From positions 1-62,459 of the IMG/VR virus record IMGVR_UViG_3300025864_000016: 62,459 bases of DNA. One strand, written 5' to 3'. This stretch comes from a virus. Lineage: Duplodnaviria > Caudoviricetes. Position numbers and translations under genes: made by a program. Below are positions 29,982-39,838 of the stretch, piece by piece (within the stretch, counting starts at the first letter, position 1; each line of letters starts with the position of its first letter). The notes under the pieces were generated by a model. That model was not told where the DNA came from. It ran no database searches and saw only the letters and a program-made list of their open reading frames with translations.

Positions 29982-30407
29982 TTATTGGTCGCGGAACGGA
30001 TCGACCAGGTCAGGCATTGCGGCTTCCGTTGCCTGTTGCGCGGGTGAAGCCGCCGGTGCCGACGCGGGCGAATTGTACGGGTCAGCAGGCTTGTCCCCTT
30101 CCGCCTTGTTGCTCATGGGCAGGAATGAGAAGTCACTGACGACGATGCTCAATGAGGTTTTCGTTGTCCCGTCTTTGCCCTGATATTCGCGGGTGTCCAG
30201 TTTCCCGATAGCGATGATGGGCTTGCCCTTTTTGAAGAACTTCACTATCCGCTCTGCAAGCGCGTCAAATGCCGCACAATCAAAGAAGATCGTCTTATCC
30301 TTGCTGACATTATCAGCGACAGAAAATTGTACCATTGGCTTGCCCGCTTGAGTATATTTTAACTCAAGCTCTCTGGTGATATTGCCAATTACCGTGATTA
30401 AAGCCAT
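29982..30407 (-). CDS. ssb: Single-stranded DNA-binding protein
   Basis: ITVIGNITRELELKYT, KKGKPI...GKL.TREY, acidic tail DPF. Confidence 0.93.
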   Translation of the reverse strand: MALITVIGNITRELELKYTQAGKPMVQFSVADNVSKDKTIFFDCAAFDALAERIVKFFKKGKPIIAIGKLDTREYQGKDGTTKTSLSIVVSDFSFLPMSNKAEGDKPADPYNSPASAPAASPAQQATEAAMPDLVDPFRDQ

Positions 30408-30454
30408 TTGTTTTCTCCTGCCCCTACGAGGCCGGGGCCAGGCACTTCGGGTGA

Positions 30455-31399
30455 CTACGCCTTTGCTTGCGCCTGCGCTGCTGCTACGTCGTATGGATTG
30501 GGCGGCTCTTCTGGGTCGGGCGGAATGTCAGCCTCGACAAACTCACCCTCAATGTCGTTTACGTCCCGGAATGAGATAATCTCGTCAACGTGGTGGTCAG
30601 TGTCTATCGCCACATTGACTGTCTGGCTGTCAACAGCGATAGCGTTCATAAACTCTGTAGACAACGGCCACCAGCGAGCGCACATCCGAAAAACAGTTTT
30701 CAATGAAGCTGTTTCGGGATTCTCACGCCACATTTTAGTTTCCTTTTTGTCCTTGCCTTGTGCATAGCGGGCGCGGTGCTTCTCTATGTCTTCTGGAGTC
30801 CATGGGTTAGACGTGAAGCGTCTGCCATCCTTCATAGTTACGACGATGTAGTACCCTGTGATTTTGCCCCGTTCACCGCCCCACTTCGGCTTGTGGATTA
30901 TTTGCGCGTTACTTCCTGCAATCCATTCAAAGTTATCGTTTTCATAAACAATGAATGGCTCAATATTTGCCACCTGTCCAGAACGATAAGCAAGCTGAAT
31001 CATGCCCCGATAACCGACAATAACCTGTGCCTCCGCTATTTGTTGCCATTCACCATTAACCTTTGCACTCCGATTGTAGGGAATTATGTACGCCATCCCT
31101 AACGGCCCTCCCGGTGACAATCCCAACTTCGAGAGCGTGAATACCGCCCCCAAAATAGAAGTCGGGGTGCATTTGTACAGTGCCGGATTGATTCGGAACT
31201 CCTGCAACAACGCGCCTGCCAGCGTCTCGTAGTCTATCACCTTTGATAACGCTCGCTCAATGTCCGGGCGATACTTGCCCAGTAGCTGAACCTCAAGTTG
31301 CTGGTGAGGAGTCAGCTTTGCTTCCTTCACCTCTTCGGCGGACATGTTAGCCCGCCGAAGGATTAACTCATTGGCTTCTTTAGCTGTTCCGCTTGCCAT
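30455..31399 (-). CDS. recT: RecT-family ssDNA annealing protein
   Basis: CTPTSILGA, LGL.P, AYIIPY, GYRGMIQLAYRSG, KTV.R..P.LS.E. Confidence 0.92.
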   Translation of the reverse strand: MASGTAKEANELILRRANMSAEEVKEAKLTPHQQLEVQLLGKYRPDIERALSKVIDYETLAGALLQEFRINPALYKCTPTSILGAVFTLSKLGLSPGGPLGMAYIIPYNRSAKVNGEWQQIAEAQVIVGYRGMIQLAYRSGQVANIEPFIVYENDNFEWIAGSNAQIIHKPKWGGERGKITGYYIVVTMKDGRRFTSNPWTPEDIEKHRARYAQGKDKKETKMWRENPETASLKTVFRMCARWWPLSTEFMNAIAVDSQTVNVAIDTDHHVDEIISFRDVNDIEGEFVEADIPPDPEEPPNPYDVAAAQAQAKA

Positions 31400-32391
31400 T
31401 ATTTGCCTCCCTTTTCTGGTGTGATTGTGAACCGGCGCGAGGTAGACACTTTGGCGTACTTCGCGAATAATTCCGGTTCCTTGGCCTTAACCTCTTTCGT
31501 GTCAAGGCGCGTGGTGGTAGTGTTTGTCCAGTTTACGCGGGTTCCTCCTACTGTGCCCCGCTGGTGTGCGCCAAGCTCGGCCTTGAGCTGGTTCTCAATG
31601 AACGTTATCTTTTCGTCAAGCTCTTTAGCTTCACCCTTCAGCTCGAAGTAGTGCTCGATGTCACTAACTGGTAATTCTAATTCAACCGGCGTGTCATCGT
31701 CAATGCCTTCGGGATAAATGGCCGACAATGCCTGCGAGGTAGCTTCTGTGCCGTCTACCGCTGGTGGGGTGTTTGTTACCACACAATCCCAGAAGTTGCT
31801 ACCCGCTTCAATCAGCGCGGCGATAACCGCATTGTCTCGTTCTACCCGTATGTAGTTGAACTTGTTACCCCCGATACGTGTAGCCACATAAGCATACTGT
31901 AGGTCTATCACCGCCATATACCACTGCACTTGGCACTGGTAAGCAAAGGGTATATTCTCCCCTTCCCACTCTTTGGCAAGGTAGCTAGACGCATTTTTCG
32001 CCTCCAGGATACCGTTGCCATTTACAGGGTCTATAATTAGGCGGTCAATATTCGCCAGCATCCAAGGGTATTTCGGGTGCTGGTATATGCAGTTGCGTCT
32101 CTGCACCTTTAGCCCCGTCACAGCGGCGAAGTGGTTAGCATTGGACTCCTCATCCACCGTTCCCCAGTACGCGGCTTCTGAAGGCCATTCCTGCCCGTTG
32201 ACGACATACGGCTCCCGGCCATCGTTTACACGCATAGCACCGGTTTTCTCATACCACAACTCAATTGGAGAAGTGTACTTGTTCAGCCCGATTATGGCTG
32301 CGATTTCTGAACCGCCTATCCCCGCCTTCCGGTGTTCAAGCCAAATGTCCTTTGACATATTGGTAGTGCTTGTAAGTATTCGTGGTTTCAT
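31399..32391 (-). CDS. yqaJ: YqaJ-like viral recombinase exonuclease
   Basis: WLEHRKAGIGGSE, ANIDR, LEAK, YQCQVQWYM. Confidence 0.93.
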   Translation of the reverse strand: MKPRILTSTTNMSKDIWLEHRKAGIGGSEIAAIIGLNKYTSPIELWYEKTGAMRVNDGREPYVVNGQEWPSEAAYWGTVDEESNANHFAAVTGLKVQRRNCIYQHPKYPWMLANIDRLIIDPVNGNGILEAKNASSYLAKEWEGENIPFAYQCQVQWYMAVIDLQYAYVATRIGGNKFNYIRVERDNAVIAALIEAGSNFWDCVVTNTPPAVDGTEATSQALSAIYPEGIDDDTPVELELPVSDIEHYFELKGEAKELDEKITFIENQLKAELGAHQRGTVGGTRVNWTNTTTTRLDTKEVKAKEPELFAKYAKVSTSRRFTITPEKGGK

Positions 32392-32392
32392 G

Positions 32393-32920
32393 CTACTCCC
32401 CCTTCTGCTTGCGCAGGTACAGTGTCAACGCGGCTTCGGCTTCGGCGCGAGTAGAGAATAGCCACTGCTTGCTGTAATCTCCGTGTTCTTTAACTGTGCC
32501 ATCAAAAAATATCCAGACCACGCGCCCGTCTAATCGCCCGCAAATAGACCACTCCTGACTATTTGCAACGTCGGATATTTTCCAACCATTCTGCGGTACG
32601 TCGGTTCGTGTAGCTGGTGGCAGCACATCTGGCTTATCATCCGCATTCTCCGCCTTCACCTTCTTCAGCTCCCCGCCCAGTTCCTTCAACTGCTTGCGCA
32701 GGCTGTCTATGAGGCTGTCCTTGGCTTGGTGGCCCTCAGCAAACATAGCAGCAGTATTCATGTTCGTGCTTTTGAACGAATAAGATACACCCGCCTTTAC
32801 CCAATGCCCGCATACATCTAAATATTCTTTGGTCTCGTTTGCGCTGCGGGCAACCCTGTACCCGTCTACGTCATCGCCGAAAACGAAATAATCTCCGGCG
32901 TCGTATACTTCTTTAGCCAT
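32393..32920 (-). CDS. Hypothetical protein with two copies of a small repeated domain
   Basis: See findings. Confidence 0.65.
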   Translation of the reverse strand: MAKEVYDAGDYFVFGDDVDGYRVARSANETKEYLDVCGHWVKAGVSYSFKSTNMNTAAMFAEGHQAKDSLIDSLRKQLKELGGELKKVKAENADDKPDVLPPATRTDVPQNGWKISDVANSQEWSICGRLDGRVVWIFFDGTVKEHGDYSKQWLFSTRAEAEAALTLYLRKQKGE

Positions 32921-33430
32921 TTACTTTCCCTCCTCTTTCAGTCGCAGATAGCGGTTCAACGCGGTAGCCGCCTCGCTTTTGGTGGCATAGCGCCACGTTT
33001 TGCCAGTCAAATAGCTGCTGGTTGTAAGCACTGCACCCTCTGCAGTTACCCAACAGAGTGCGGATTCGCTCAATGCCGGTACGACTATCCACAAGCCATC
33101 CCACGATTTGACTAACCTCCATTCGCCGATAATTTCGGGACTCTCCGCTTCCCACTCGGCGTGTTCCTGATTGTTCCTCAAGGTTTCCGCTGCGCACTCG
33201 TGGCACATATACTGGCCTTCCAGCAGCACCTGGGCGTCGCGCCCGCAGTTGCTGGTGTATTCGCACGGTTCAAGTCCTGTGTCCTTGCAGTGGTCGCAGT
33301 TCGGCTCAGGCTCCGGGTCGCCAAACACCCACATACTGGGGCGTATTTCACGCGGATATGCCTGAATCACCCCATCGCTTTCCGGCGGCTTACCGGCGCA
33401 CTTTGTGCAGACCTTCATTTCCAGACTCAT
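32921..33430 (-). CDS. Zn-finger protein plus repeated C-terminal domain
   Basis: CTKC, CDHCKDTG, CHEC. Confidence 0.65.
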   Translation of the reverse strand: MSLEMKVCTKCAGKPPESDGVIQAYPREIRPSMWVFGDPEPEPNCDHCKDTGLEPCEYTSNCGRDAQVLLEGQYMCHECAAETLRNNQEHAEWEAESPEIIGEWRLVKSWDGLWIVVPALSESALCWVTAEGAVLTTSSYLTGKTWRYATKSEAATALNRYLRLKEEGK

Positions 33431-33475
33431 GACCCCTTCTCCTCTCGTGCTAGGCTATCCCCTAGTCACAGGTAT

Positions 33476-33573
33476 ATAGTATCAGATAACGCGGTGCTTG
33501 TCAAGCAGGTAACGGAAGTATTTTGAAACCAATTTTGCAGGGTATTGTCAAACTGAACGTGTTGTGCTAAGAT
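33476..33573. promoter_or_regulatory. Divergent promoters
   Basis: Leftward TTGACA-17-TACTAT (33476-33504); rightward TTGTCA-17-TAAGAT (33545-33573). Confidence 0.6.
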
Positions 33574-33592
33574 ACGTACAAAGGAGTGACTT

Positions 33593-34213
33593 ATGAACGC
33601 AAATGCTACTTTAATACCTGCGAGTGAAAACTCCATGAGCAAGGGCAAACCAGATTCATTGTTGCGCCCGCTATGCGATGACTACTACCGGAAGTTTAAG
33701 GCCATTGATATGCTCAAGGTTCAGCTTGCTGACCTTGATACTATTATCCCCCACCTCAAGGAAGAGGCCTGGCAACGGTCACAAATCAACTCATACGGTA
33801 TCGCTGACTATAGCGGAGAGGTTCACGGTAGCGGCGTGTCTGACCGCGTAGCAACCGACGCCACGCGCAACAGGGACACCGTCGAAAGCAAGGCATTGTG
33901 TGCCGCGTATGAGCAGCAGGCATATTGTCACCGCACAATCAACGAGACGCTAAAGACAGTGCGCCCTTTTGAACAGGCATTTAACGCATTACCCCGCCTC
34001 GATAAACGAATCATAGAGCTACGCTATGGCCAGTCCATGCAATTAGAGGCACTGGTAGAGGCCATCTACATTGAGGAGCAGGCATTTGATCGGAAGGGCA
34101 TGGATATTAGCACGGTATGCCTGCATATTCGCAAAATGAACCGTGAGTTCCCCCTCGATGTCTCTTATTTTACCCAAATATCTGATAAAAACGATAACAA
34201 TTATCGCAATTAA
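33593..34213 (+). CDS. ArpU/RinA-like (sigma region-4-like) transcriptional activator
   Basis: GSGVSDRVA..A, ALPRLDKRIIELRY, C-terminal HTH-like segment. Confidence 0.7.
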   Translation: MNANATLIPASENSMSKGKPDSLLRPLCDDYYRKFKAIDMLKVQLADLDTIIPHLKEEAWQRSQINSYGIADYSGEVHGSGVSDRVATDATRNRDTVESKALCAAYEQQAYCHRTINETLKTVRPFEQAFNALPRLDKRIIELRYGQSMQLEALVEAIYIEEQAFDRKGMDISTVCLHIRKMNREFPLDVSYFTQISDKNDNNYRN

Positions 34214-34550
34214 ATAGTATTCCGTGCGGATTAGTATGCTATTCGTTAAGAAGAAAATACACTTGCATAAGGCTTTTGGAAGGTGTACTATCTTACCATG
34301 CCAACAGGGGCACGAAAGTATAACCAATGAACATCCGCTCACCACATAGCAGGTTTAACGACGATCCCACGGCATACCAGGCGGTGGGCAACGTGTTTAG
34401 AGAAGTTAACCCTATCGCCTACGCTAACGAGCAACGGGAACGCCGCGTTAAACAAGTGCGCCACAAGCGCCCCGGCGGGGTAGTCCGCACAAGCATAGTG
34501 GAGATTCCCTGTTAAAACCAGATTTAGCAATATGAAAGTGCAGGTGTGCT

Positions 34551-34748
34551 ATGTGGCCATTCACAAAGAAGATAACACAGTCAGAGATTCGGAACGCACT
34601 GGCGATAGACCGCGCCAATCAGCGGATAACCCTATTAGAGGCCAACCTCATTAACCTGCAAGTGATTCAGCGCCAGATCGTTGCAGGGAATAAGATTATT
34701 GTCCACCAGCTCGCGGCTATACGAAAAGCAACGCCCGCAGGCGGATAG
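34551..34748 (+). CDS. Small hypothetical protein
   Basis: MWPF start, RBS AGGTG. Confidence 0.5.
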   Translation: MWPFTKKITQSEIRNALAIDRANQRITLLEANLINLQVIQRQIVAGNKIIVHQLAAIRKATPAGG

Positions 34749-34962
34749 CCCACGGGCGCGTAGCGCGTATTCTGTTTTGTTTTATTTCACCTCCTCGTGT
34801 CTACCATGTACTTGCCGGTGAACAGCAACCTGTTTACCTCGCAGGCCACGGTACAAAGGCACGGGCATACACAGGCATACCCGAATATTGAAGTCCATCG
34901 GCTGCGAAGTGCTGACTCCGTTGTTGTAACCAGCCGCCCCTGTAGGGGCTTGTAGTAGACGG

Positions 34963-36429
34963 TCAAAACTTCACCCGCCTTCGTTTTGCCGCGAAGTTAT
35001 TATGTACTGTAGCTTTCCAGAGTAAGCGTAACTTGCTATTACTTTCTACTAGCGGCCATCTAATACCGCCTGTAGGTAAGTCGGGAGCGCGAATCAGCCA
35101 ACCCTTAACAATTGCCTTGTGCAAGCCTTGCAGTATCCTTTCGCGTGACATTTCTACCCACACGCCATCGAAATTGTAGCAACCTCTTTTAATCATGCTT
35201 TTGAAGTCTTTAGCTCGCACTTTCCTTGGCGGAATGTACATCGATATTCCCGGACAGTTCCCCTTTCTGCGACACGGGAAAGTGCCGAAAAAAGGATGCT
35301 CTGAACCTCCACACTCACGGGTAGCAATACGAATACATTGTTCGCATGGAAAATCCTTTTGTTTACTCATTGTGTCATTTTCCTTTGCCGTCTCCGGCTG
35401 TCAGTCATCCTTGGCAGGTTATTGTCGTAAACCGTCATTATCGCACCATCAAGTGGTACACCGTACCCCATGCCGTAAAGCAAAGTGCGAAAATGCAAGC
35501 CGAGAAAATAAAAGCGGCAATCTTAAGATTCCGGGGCGGAACCTCACTGTACTTTTTCCAACCTTCAATAATCCAGTTGTATGCTAGTACTGGTAAAATC
35601 ACAGTTGCGAAGAAAAAAACAATCCCCAGCGGTTCAACGAAGTTATCCATTTTTAGCCTCCTCTTTCTGAATCACGGCAAGCGCGAACCTCATAGCCAGC
35701 GCAAGGCTGTCAGAGCGGTAGAGCATATTACCGCACAGTAAAGGATTGCGGGATTGACGGAATTTTCCGTCTTCACATAACTGCTCAATAGTATTCCCCA
35801 CCCGCCGTGTTACGTGATAGTGCGTTCCTTCATGCGGCGTAAAAGTTACGTTATTCATACTTCCCCCTTGTTGACAATCGCTTCGATGAGCGGCCTAGCG
35901 GCTGCGTCCAGTGCGGCTGTACTTGCGGCGATGCTGGGCTGCTTGCCCGGTATAACGCACACTGTCACCATTCGCCCCGGCTTGCCCGTCATCTGGAACC
36001 CGGCTGTGGACTCCGAAAAGTCATCACTAAATTGTGTGAAGTAAACGCTGGCTCCCACCTCGCGCCCGATTTTTTCGCAATCTTCTCTAGTCATTTTGAA
36101 CCTTCCTTCATCCCCGGCGTAACTGTCCGGGTCGCGTTCTCGTGTGCAAGGCTGCACTGCTCGGCTAACGAATTGTCCAGATGCCTGCACGGGTGGCACC
36201 AATGAGGGCAACGAGTCTGGAAGCAGAAACCCCAAACCTCTTTTAACCGCTGGGAAGTATCAAAAGCTGCATCCATAGCCACTACGGCTTTGTAATACGC
36301 CGGGTAGTTATCATCCCCTGGCAATACTCGGATAGCTTCCTTTGCGCTATAAAGAGCATCTACATCCGCTTTAGCAGTCTGTATGACTGCCCAAAGGTCT
36401 TCTCGTGTCATACCGTCACCCCTTCCCAA
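34963..36429 (-). CDS. Run of small early hypothetical genes (34963-35370, 35438-35650, 35643-35858 and neighbours)
   Basis: Coupled ORFs with RBSs. Confidence 0.5.
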
Positions 36430-36827
36430 TACTGCCCAGGAACCGGCTGTAGGTCATACGGCTGCCCAAACTCATGCAGTAGCGCGTCGTAGTACATCCA
36501 CTGCACCCCGTCGAAAATGTAGTTGTAAGCGCAGGCCATACCGCCGGCACCCATGTGGTAAACAGCGTCAAGGTCAGGGCAATACAGATACGCCGGATTA
36601 ATCCACGGCGCGGGGGCAAGCGGCACGCACCCCTCAATAGTGGCTCCTAGCTCGTCAAGGAAACCGATCTGGAATAGCAGGTCAAGGCGCGTAACATTCG
36701 CGCTGCTGGCTCCGTAGTTCTCAACAAGCAACTTGCCGACGTAACCCGGCTCCCCGTCATGCTGGCAGTAGATGGCGTCGTAGCCACCGGCAGGGCTTTT
36801 CTTTGCAATTATGCAACGTGTACTCAT
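36408..36827 (-). CDS. Conserved phage hypothetical protein
   Basis: MSTRC.I...IYCQHDG.P..VG..L..NY family pattern. Confidence 0.75.
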   Translation of the reverse strand: MSTRCIIAKKSPAGGYDAIYCQHDGEPGYVGKLLVENYGASSANVTRLDLLFQIGFLDELGATIEGCVPLAPAPWINPAYLYCPDLDAVYHMGAGGMACAYNYIFDGVQWMYYDALLHEFGQPYDLQPVPGQYWEGVTV

Positions 36828-36872
36828 TTTCTTCCCTCGCCCTCCGTGGCGGTCGTATCCAGGTTTTGGTGA

Positions 36873-37049
36873 TTAGCGATTAGCTGCCAATGTCTGCATA
36901 TAATGCTTGTTCATAGCAACTTCTGCTTTGTGCCAGGCTGCCCATGCTTTCTTTTGTTCTGCAATAGGCGCGGCAGGCTTTTCCTGCGTCTTATGCCAAA
37001 CTTCACGGGCTGCGGATTCCGCTAGTGCTAATTTATCTTCAGTGGTCAT
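36873..37049 (-). CDS. 58-aa hypothetical protein (below the ORF-track cutoff)
   Basis: MTTEDKLALAESAAREVW...; RBS AAGGA. Confidence 0.6.
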   Translation of the reverse strand: MTTEDKLALAESAAREVWHKTQEKPAAPIAEQKKAWAAWHKAEVAMNKHYMQTLAANR

Positions 37050-37094
37050 GGTTCATTCCTTCCCCGGCTATACCCGCCGGGAGGGTCAAGGCTG

Positions 37095-37295
37095 TTATGC
37101 TTCATCAATAACAATCAGGAACGGGCGCGATACGGTTACGTGAGCGCTGATACCCACTAACTGCAATGCACTGACCTTGTTGTTAGCCTGCGTGCGGTTA
37201 GCGTATAACAGCATTTCATATTCGCCATCACATAGCCGGTAGAGCAAGTGTTTATCGAATTTCTTATTATAGGAAACGACTTCATCTTCTCTCAT
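37095..37295 (-). CDS. Hypothetical protein
   Basis: RBS GGAGGT. Confidence 0.65.
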   Translation of the reverse strand: MREDEVVSYNKKFDKHLLYRLCDGEYEMLLYANRTQANNKVSALQLVGISAHVTVSRPFLIVIDEA

Positions 37296-37341
37296 TTTAG
37301 CACCTCCGCGCCGTCCGTGGCAGGAAAATCCGGGAGTTAGT

Positions 37342-37491
37342 CTACAACGGCTTCACTTGAGAATGTGAAGTCTGCGCGATAGTCTGGAAGTAATGTTCAG
37401 TGCAAAGGTGAAAAACCCCTACATTGTCAATGACTACTTCCCACTCTGCTTTGGTGGCACATTTTTTGTGTCCGCACTTTTTCTGCTCCAT
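37342..37491 (-). CDS. 49-aa Zn-binding hypothetical protein
   Basis: MEQKKCGHKKC...LCTEH; RBS AAGGAG. Confidence 0.6.
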   Translation of the reverse strand: MEQKKCGHKKCATKAEWEVVIDNVGVFHLCTEHYFQTIAQTSHSQVKPL

Positions 37492-37671
37492 AGGTTCTAG
37501 CTCCTTCCTCAATTCTTTTTCGCGTTCGGTGGGAATACAGATCGGGATTACACAAATGCTAAATATCCGGTGTCGGTGATAGGGTAGGTTTGAAGTATCG
37601 CCCCTCGCTAAGCCTATCCGGTATATTTAGTTGTCCCTCTCAATTCCCTCCTCTGTCTTAACTCTGATATT

Positions 37672-37707
37672 AGTATACACCTATTCTACCCGTATGTCAA
37701 GTAAGTA
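37672..37707 (-). promoter_or_regulatory. Strong leftward early promoter
   Basis: TACTTAC-TTGACA-17-TATACT. Confidence 0.8.
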
Positions 37708-37864
37708 AGTAGCAAACAAGTGTACTATTTTTCATGCTTGTTTTTCGCACCCGACAACTCCACAAATTCGCATCATCACCATATAACCAAGTAACTATAT
37801 AACCACATAGTCATACTATACTACTTGTTAATAACTATACCCGTTGTCAAATTTAGGTAACTCA

Positions 37865-38443
37865 ATGCCACAATGCACCGCAAAATCTAAACGAACACAT
37901 AACAGATGTACCGCGAATGCAATGCATGGGAAAACCGTTTGCTACCATCATGGAGGTAAATCACAAGGCGGTGTTTTGGCTCCAGCATACAAAGGCAAAG
38001 GCCGATCTAAATACCTCCCCACCAGGTTAGCGGACGCCTATCAGCAAGCGCTAAACGATCCCGATTTAGTCTCGTTGAGTAGCGATATAGCCTTAATGGA
38101 CGTTAGACTCGGCGAGGTATTAGCGAAGCTAGATACCGGCGAGGCTGGCGCAATTTGGGATGACCTGCAGGAGGCTTGCCGGGAAGGAAGCATTGATCGG
38201 ATAGCCGGCCTAGTAGCGAGGGGTGCGAATGAATACCGGCAGTGGGAAGACATTTTGCCCTTGATTGAGCAGAGGCGGAAGCTGGTGGAGAGCGAGAGCA
38301 AAAGAACGCAGGTGTTGAACCAGAATGTGCCCGCTGAGAAGAATCTGTTGCTGATGGGGGTGATCCTGCAGAGTTTACGAACCCATGCACCGAGGGAAGT
38401 GCAGGAGGCTGTGGCAAATGATCTGAAGGCTTTGATTTATTAA
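37865..38443 (+). CDS. terS: HGGxSTG-domain protein, probable terminase small subunit
   Basis: QCTAKSKRT..RC...A..G..VC.HHGGKS.G followed by a helical region. Confidence 0.6.
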   Translation: MPQCTAKSKRTHNRCTANAMHGKTVCYHHGGKSQGGVLAPAYKGKGRSKYLPTRLADAYQQALNDPDLVSLSSDIALMDVRLGEVLAKLDTGEAGAIWDDLQEACREGSIDRIAGLVARGANEYRQWEDILPLIEQRRKLVESESKRTQVLNQNVPAEKNLLLMGVILQSLRTHAPREVQEAVANDLKALIY

Positions 38444-38628
38444 GAGCTGTAGCAAAGTGAACTTTGCCCTTAGTATATATATACTATATACGCGTGCGCG
38501 CGTTTCCTATTCGCGTATGTGCGCGGGGGTAGATTAAGACGCCTTTTTTGGTCAAAAAGTCTTAAATTACCATTAGGCGTGAAGTGATAGCACGAAATTA
38601 CCAAACAGGCGTGAAAGTATGTGCGTGT

Positions 38629-39186
38629 TTACCTAACAGGGCTGTAACTTGTGTGTGCTGGCCGGGCTGCGATTTCGCGGTCTGTAAGTGGTTGTTTAGA
38701 TGCTACCCAAAACTTGTAATTACGCAGGTGAACCGGATGACGGGGTGAAGTATTAACAAGGAATCCCCGGCTGTCGCAGAAGCACCGGAAGCGGTGTATC
38801 TCCTGCAGGTTATCCCATGCATATACATAATTTAGGTCTGACTCTGTATAGCGGTCTGTGTCGTATCCGGTAAACCCGGTTGAATAAAACGGCCCCATAG
38901 TTGTTACCTCTTCTGTATTATAGCATCACCCCGGCGGCTGTGCTACCGGGGCGGCTGTGGTGTTATGCTACAATATCACGGTCTGTAATGCCTTCTGGTA
39001 ATTGTAGTCTTCGGCGGTGAATTGATCTTTTGCCTGCATAGCGGCTTCGATAGCGTCGGCTATTTCTAGCGGGTCAACGGTATCTTTACGGTCTATCAGG
39101 TAATTAGCAATAGCCTGTTTAGCGGCTGCATTTACCCAGACATTAGCTGCCTTGTTCCAAAGTAACTCTAAATCTGATTTACTCAT
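38629..39186 (-). CDS. Two small early genes (38629-38898, 38968-39186)
   Basis: RBSs present; intergenic hairpin and TGcTATAAT between them. Confidence 0.55.
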
Positions 39187-39216
39187 AGTCTTTACCTTTC
39201 CTTTCGTTCGTGCGGA

Positions 39217-39384
39217 TTATCCCGCTTGGTGTGACCACCACGGTTTCCCGGCTGCGCGGTCGCTAGTGGCGGCTGCAGGCTGTACCGCATGAGTGATTTC
39301 AATATGGCGGTCAAGTTGCTCTCGAACCGTATACCCGCGTACTTTGCTATTGCCCTTGAATCCGTTGCAATATGGACACTTCAT
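39217..39384 (-). CDS. 55-aa C2H2-like zinc-finger protein (below the ORF-track cutoff)
   Basis: MKCPYC-x20-HIEITH; RBS GGAG. Confidence 0.55.
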   Translation of the reverse strand: MKCPYCNGFKGNSKVRGYTVREQLDRHIEITHAVQPAAATSDRAAGKPWWSHQAG

Positions 39385-39436
39385 AGTATCTCCCTCCCGG
39401 ATTAAGCGCCGGGACGCTCAAGGCTGCAGAGGGCTG

Positions 39437-39838
39437 CTAACAATCTGCGGCAGGCCGGGAATATGTCGTAATTTTATCTGTATGGAAACTGTAATCCCCG
39501 TTGGTTTGCCGCAGACGGTGCAGACTTGCATAATGCATATTAGCACCGGTCAAGTCTGCACCGCGCATATCGCAGAAGTCTAATGTAGCGAATTCCAGAT
39601 TAGCACCGCGCATATCTGCACCACGAAAGTCTGCACCGGTACACCGCTGGCCGCGAAGGTCTACACCACGCAGGTCTGCACCGCTAAAGTCAATGCTGTA
39701 TAAATCAGTGCGCGCTGCACGAAAGTACAATCCACGCAAATCTTTACCAGACAGGTCAGCTTTAGCTGATTGGTTGCGGATATCTGCACAGTACAATTGA
39801 TGTGTGTGTAATACCGCGTCTAATTCTTCTTGTGTCAT
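39437..39838 (-). CDS. Pentapeptide-repeat protein
   Basis: ADLSG/ADLRG/ADFRG/ADMRG/ANLEF repeats. Confidence 0.92.
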   Translation of the reverse strand: MTQEELDAVLHTHQLYCADIRNQSAKADLSGKDLRGLYFRAARTDLYSIDFSGADLRGVDLRGQRCTGADFRGADMRGANLEFATLDFCDMRGADLTGANMHYASLHRLRQTNGDYSFHTDKITTYSRPAADC

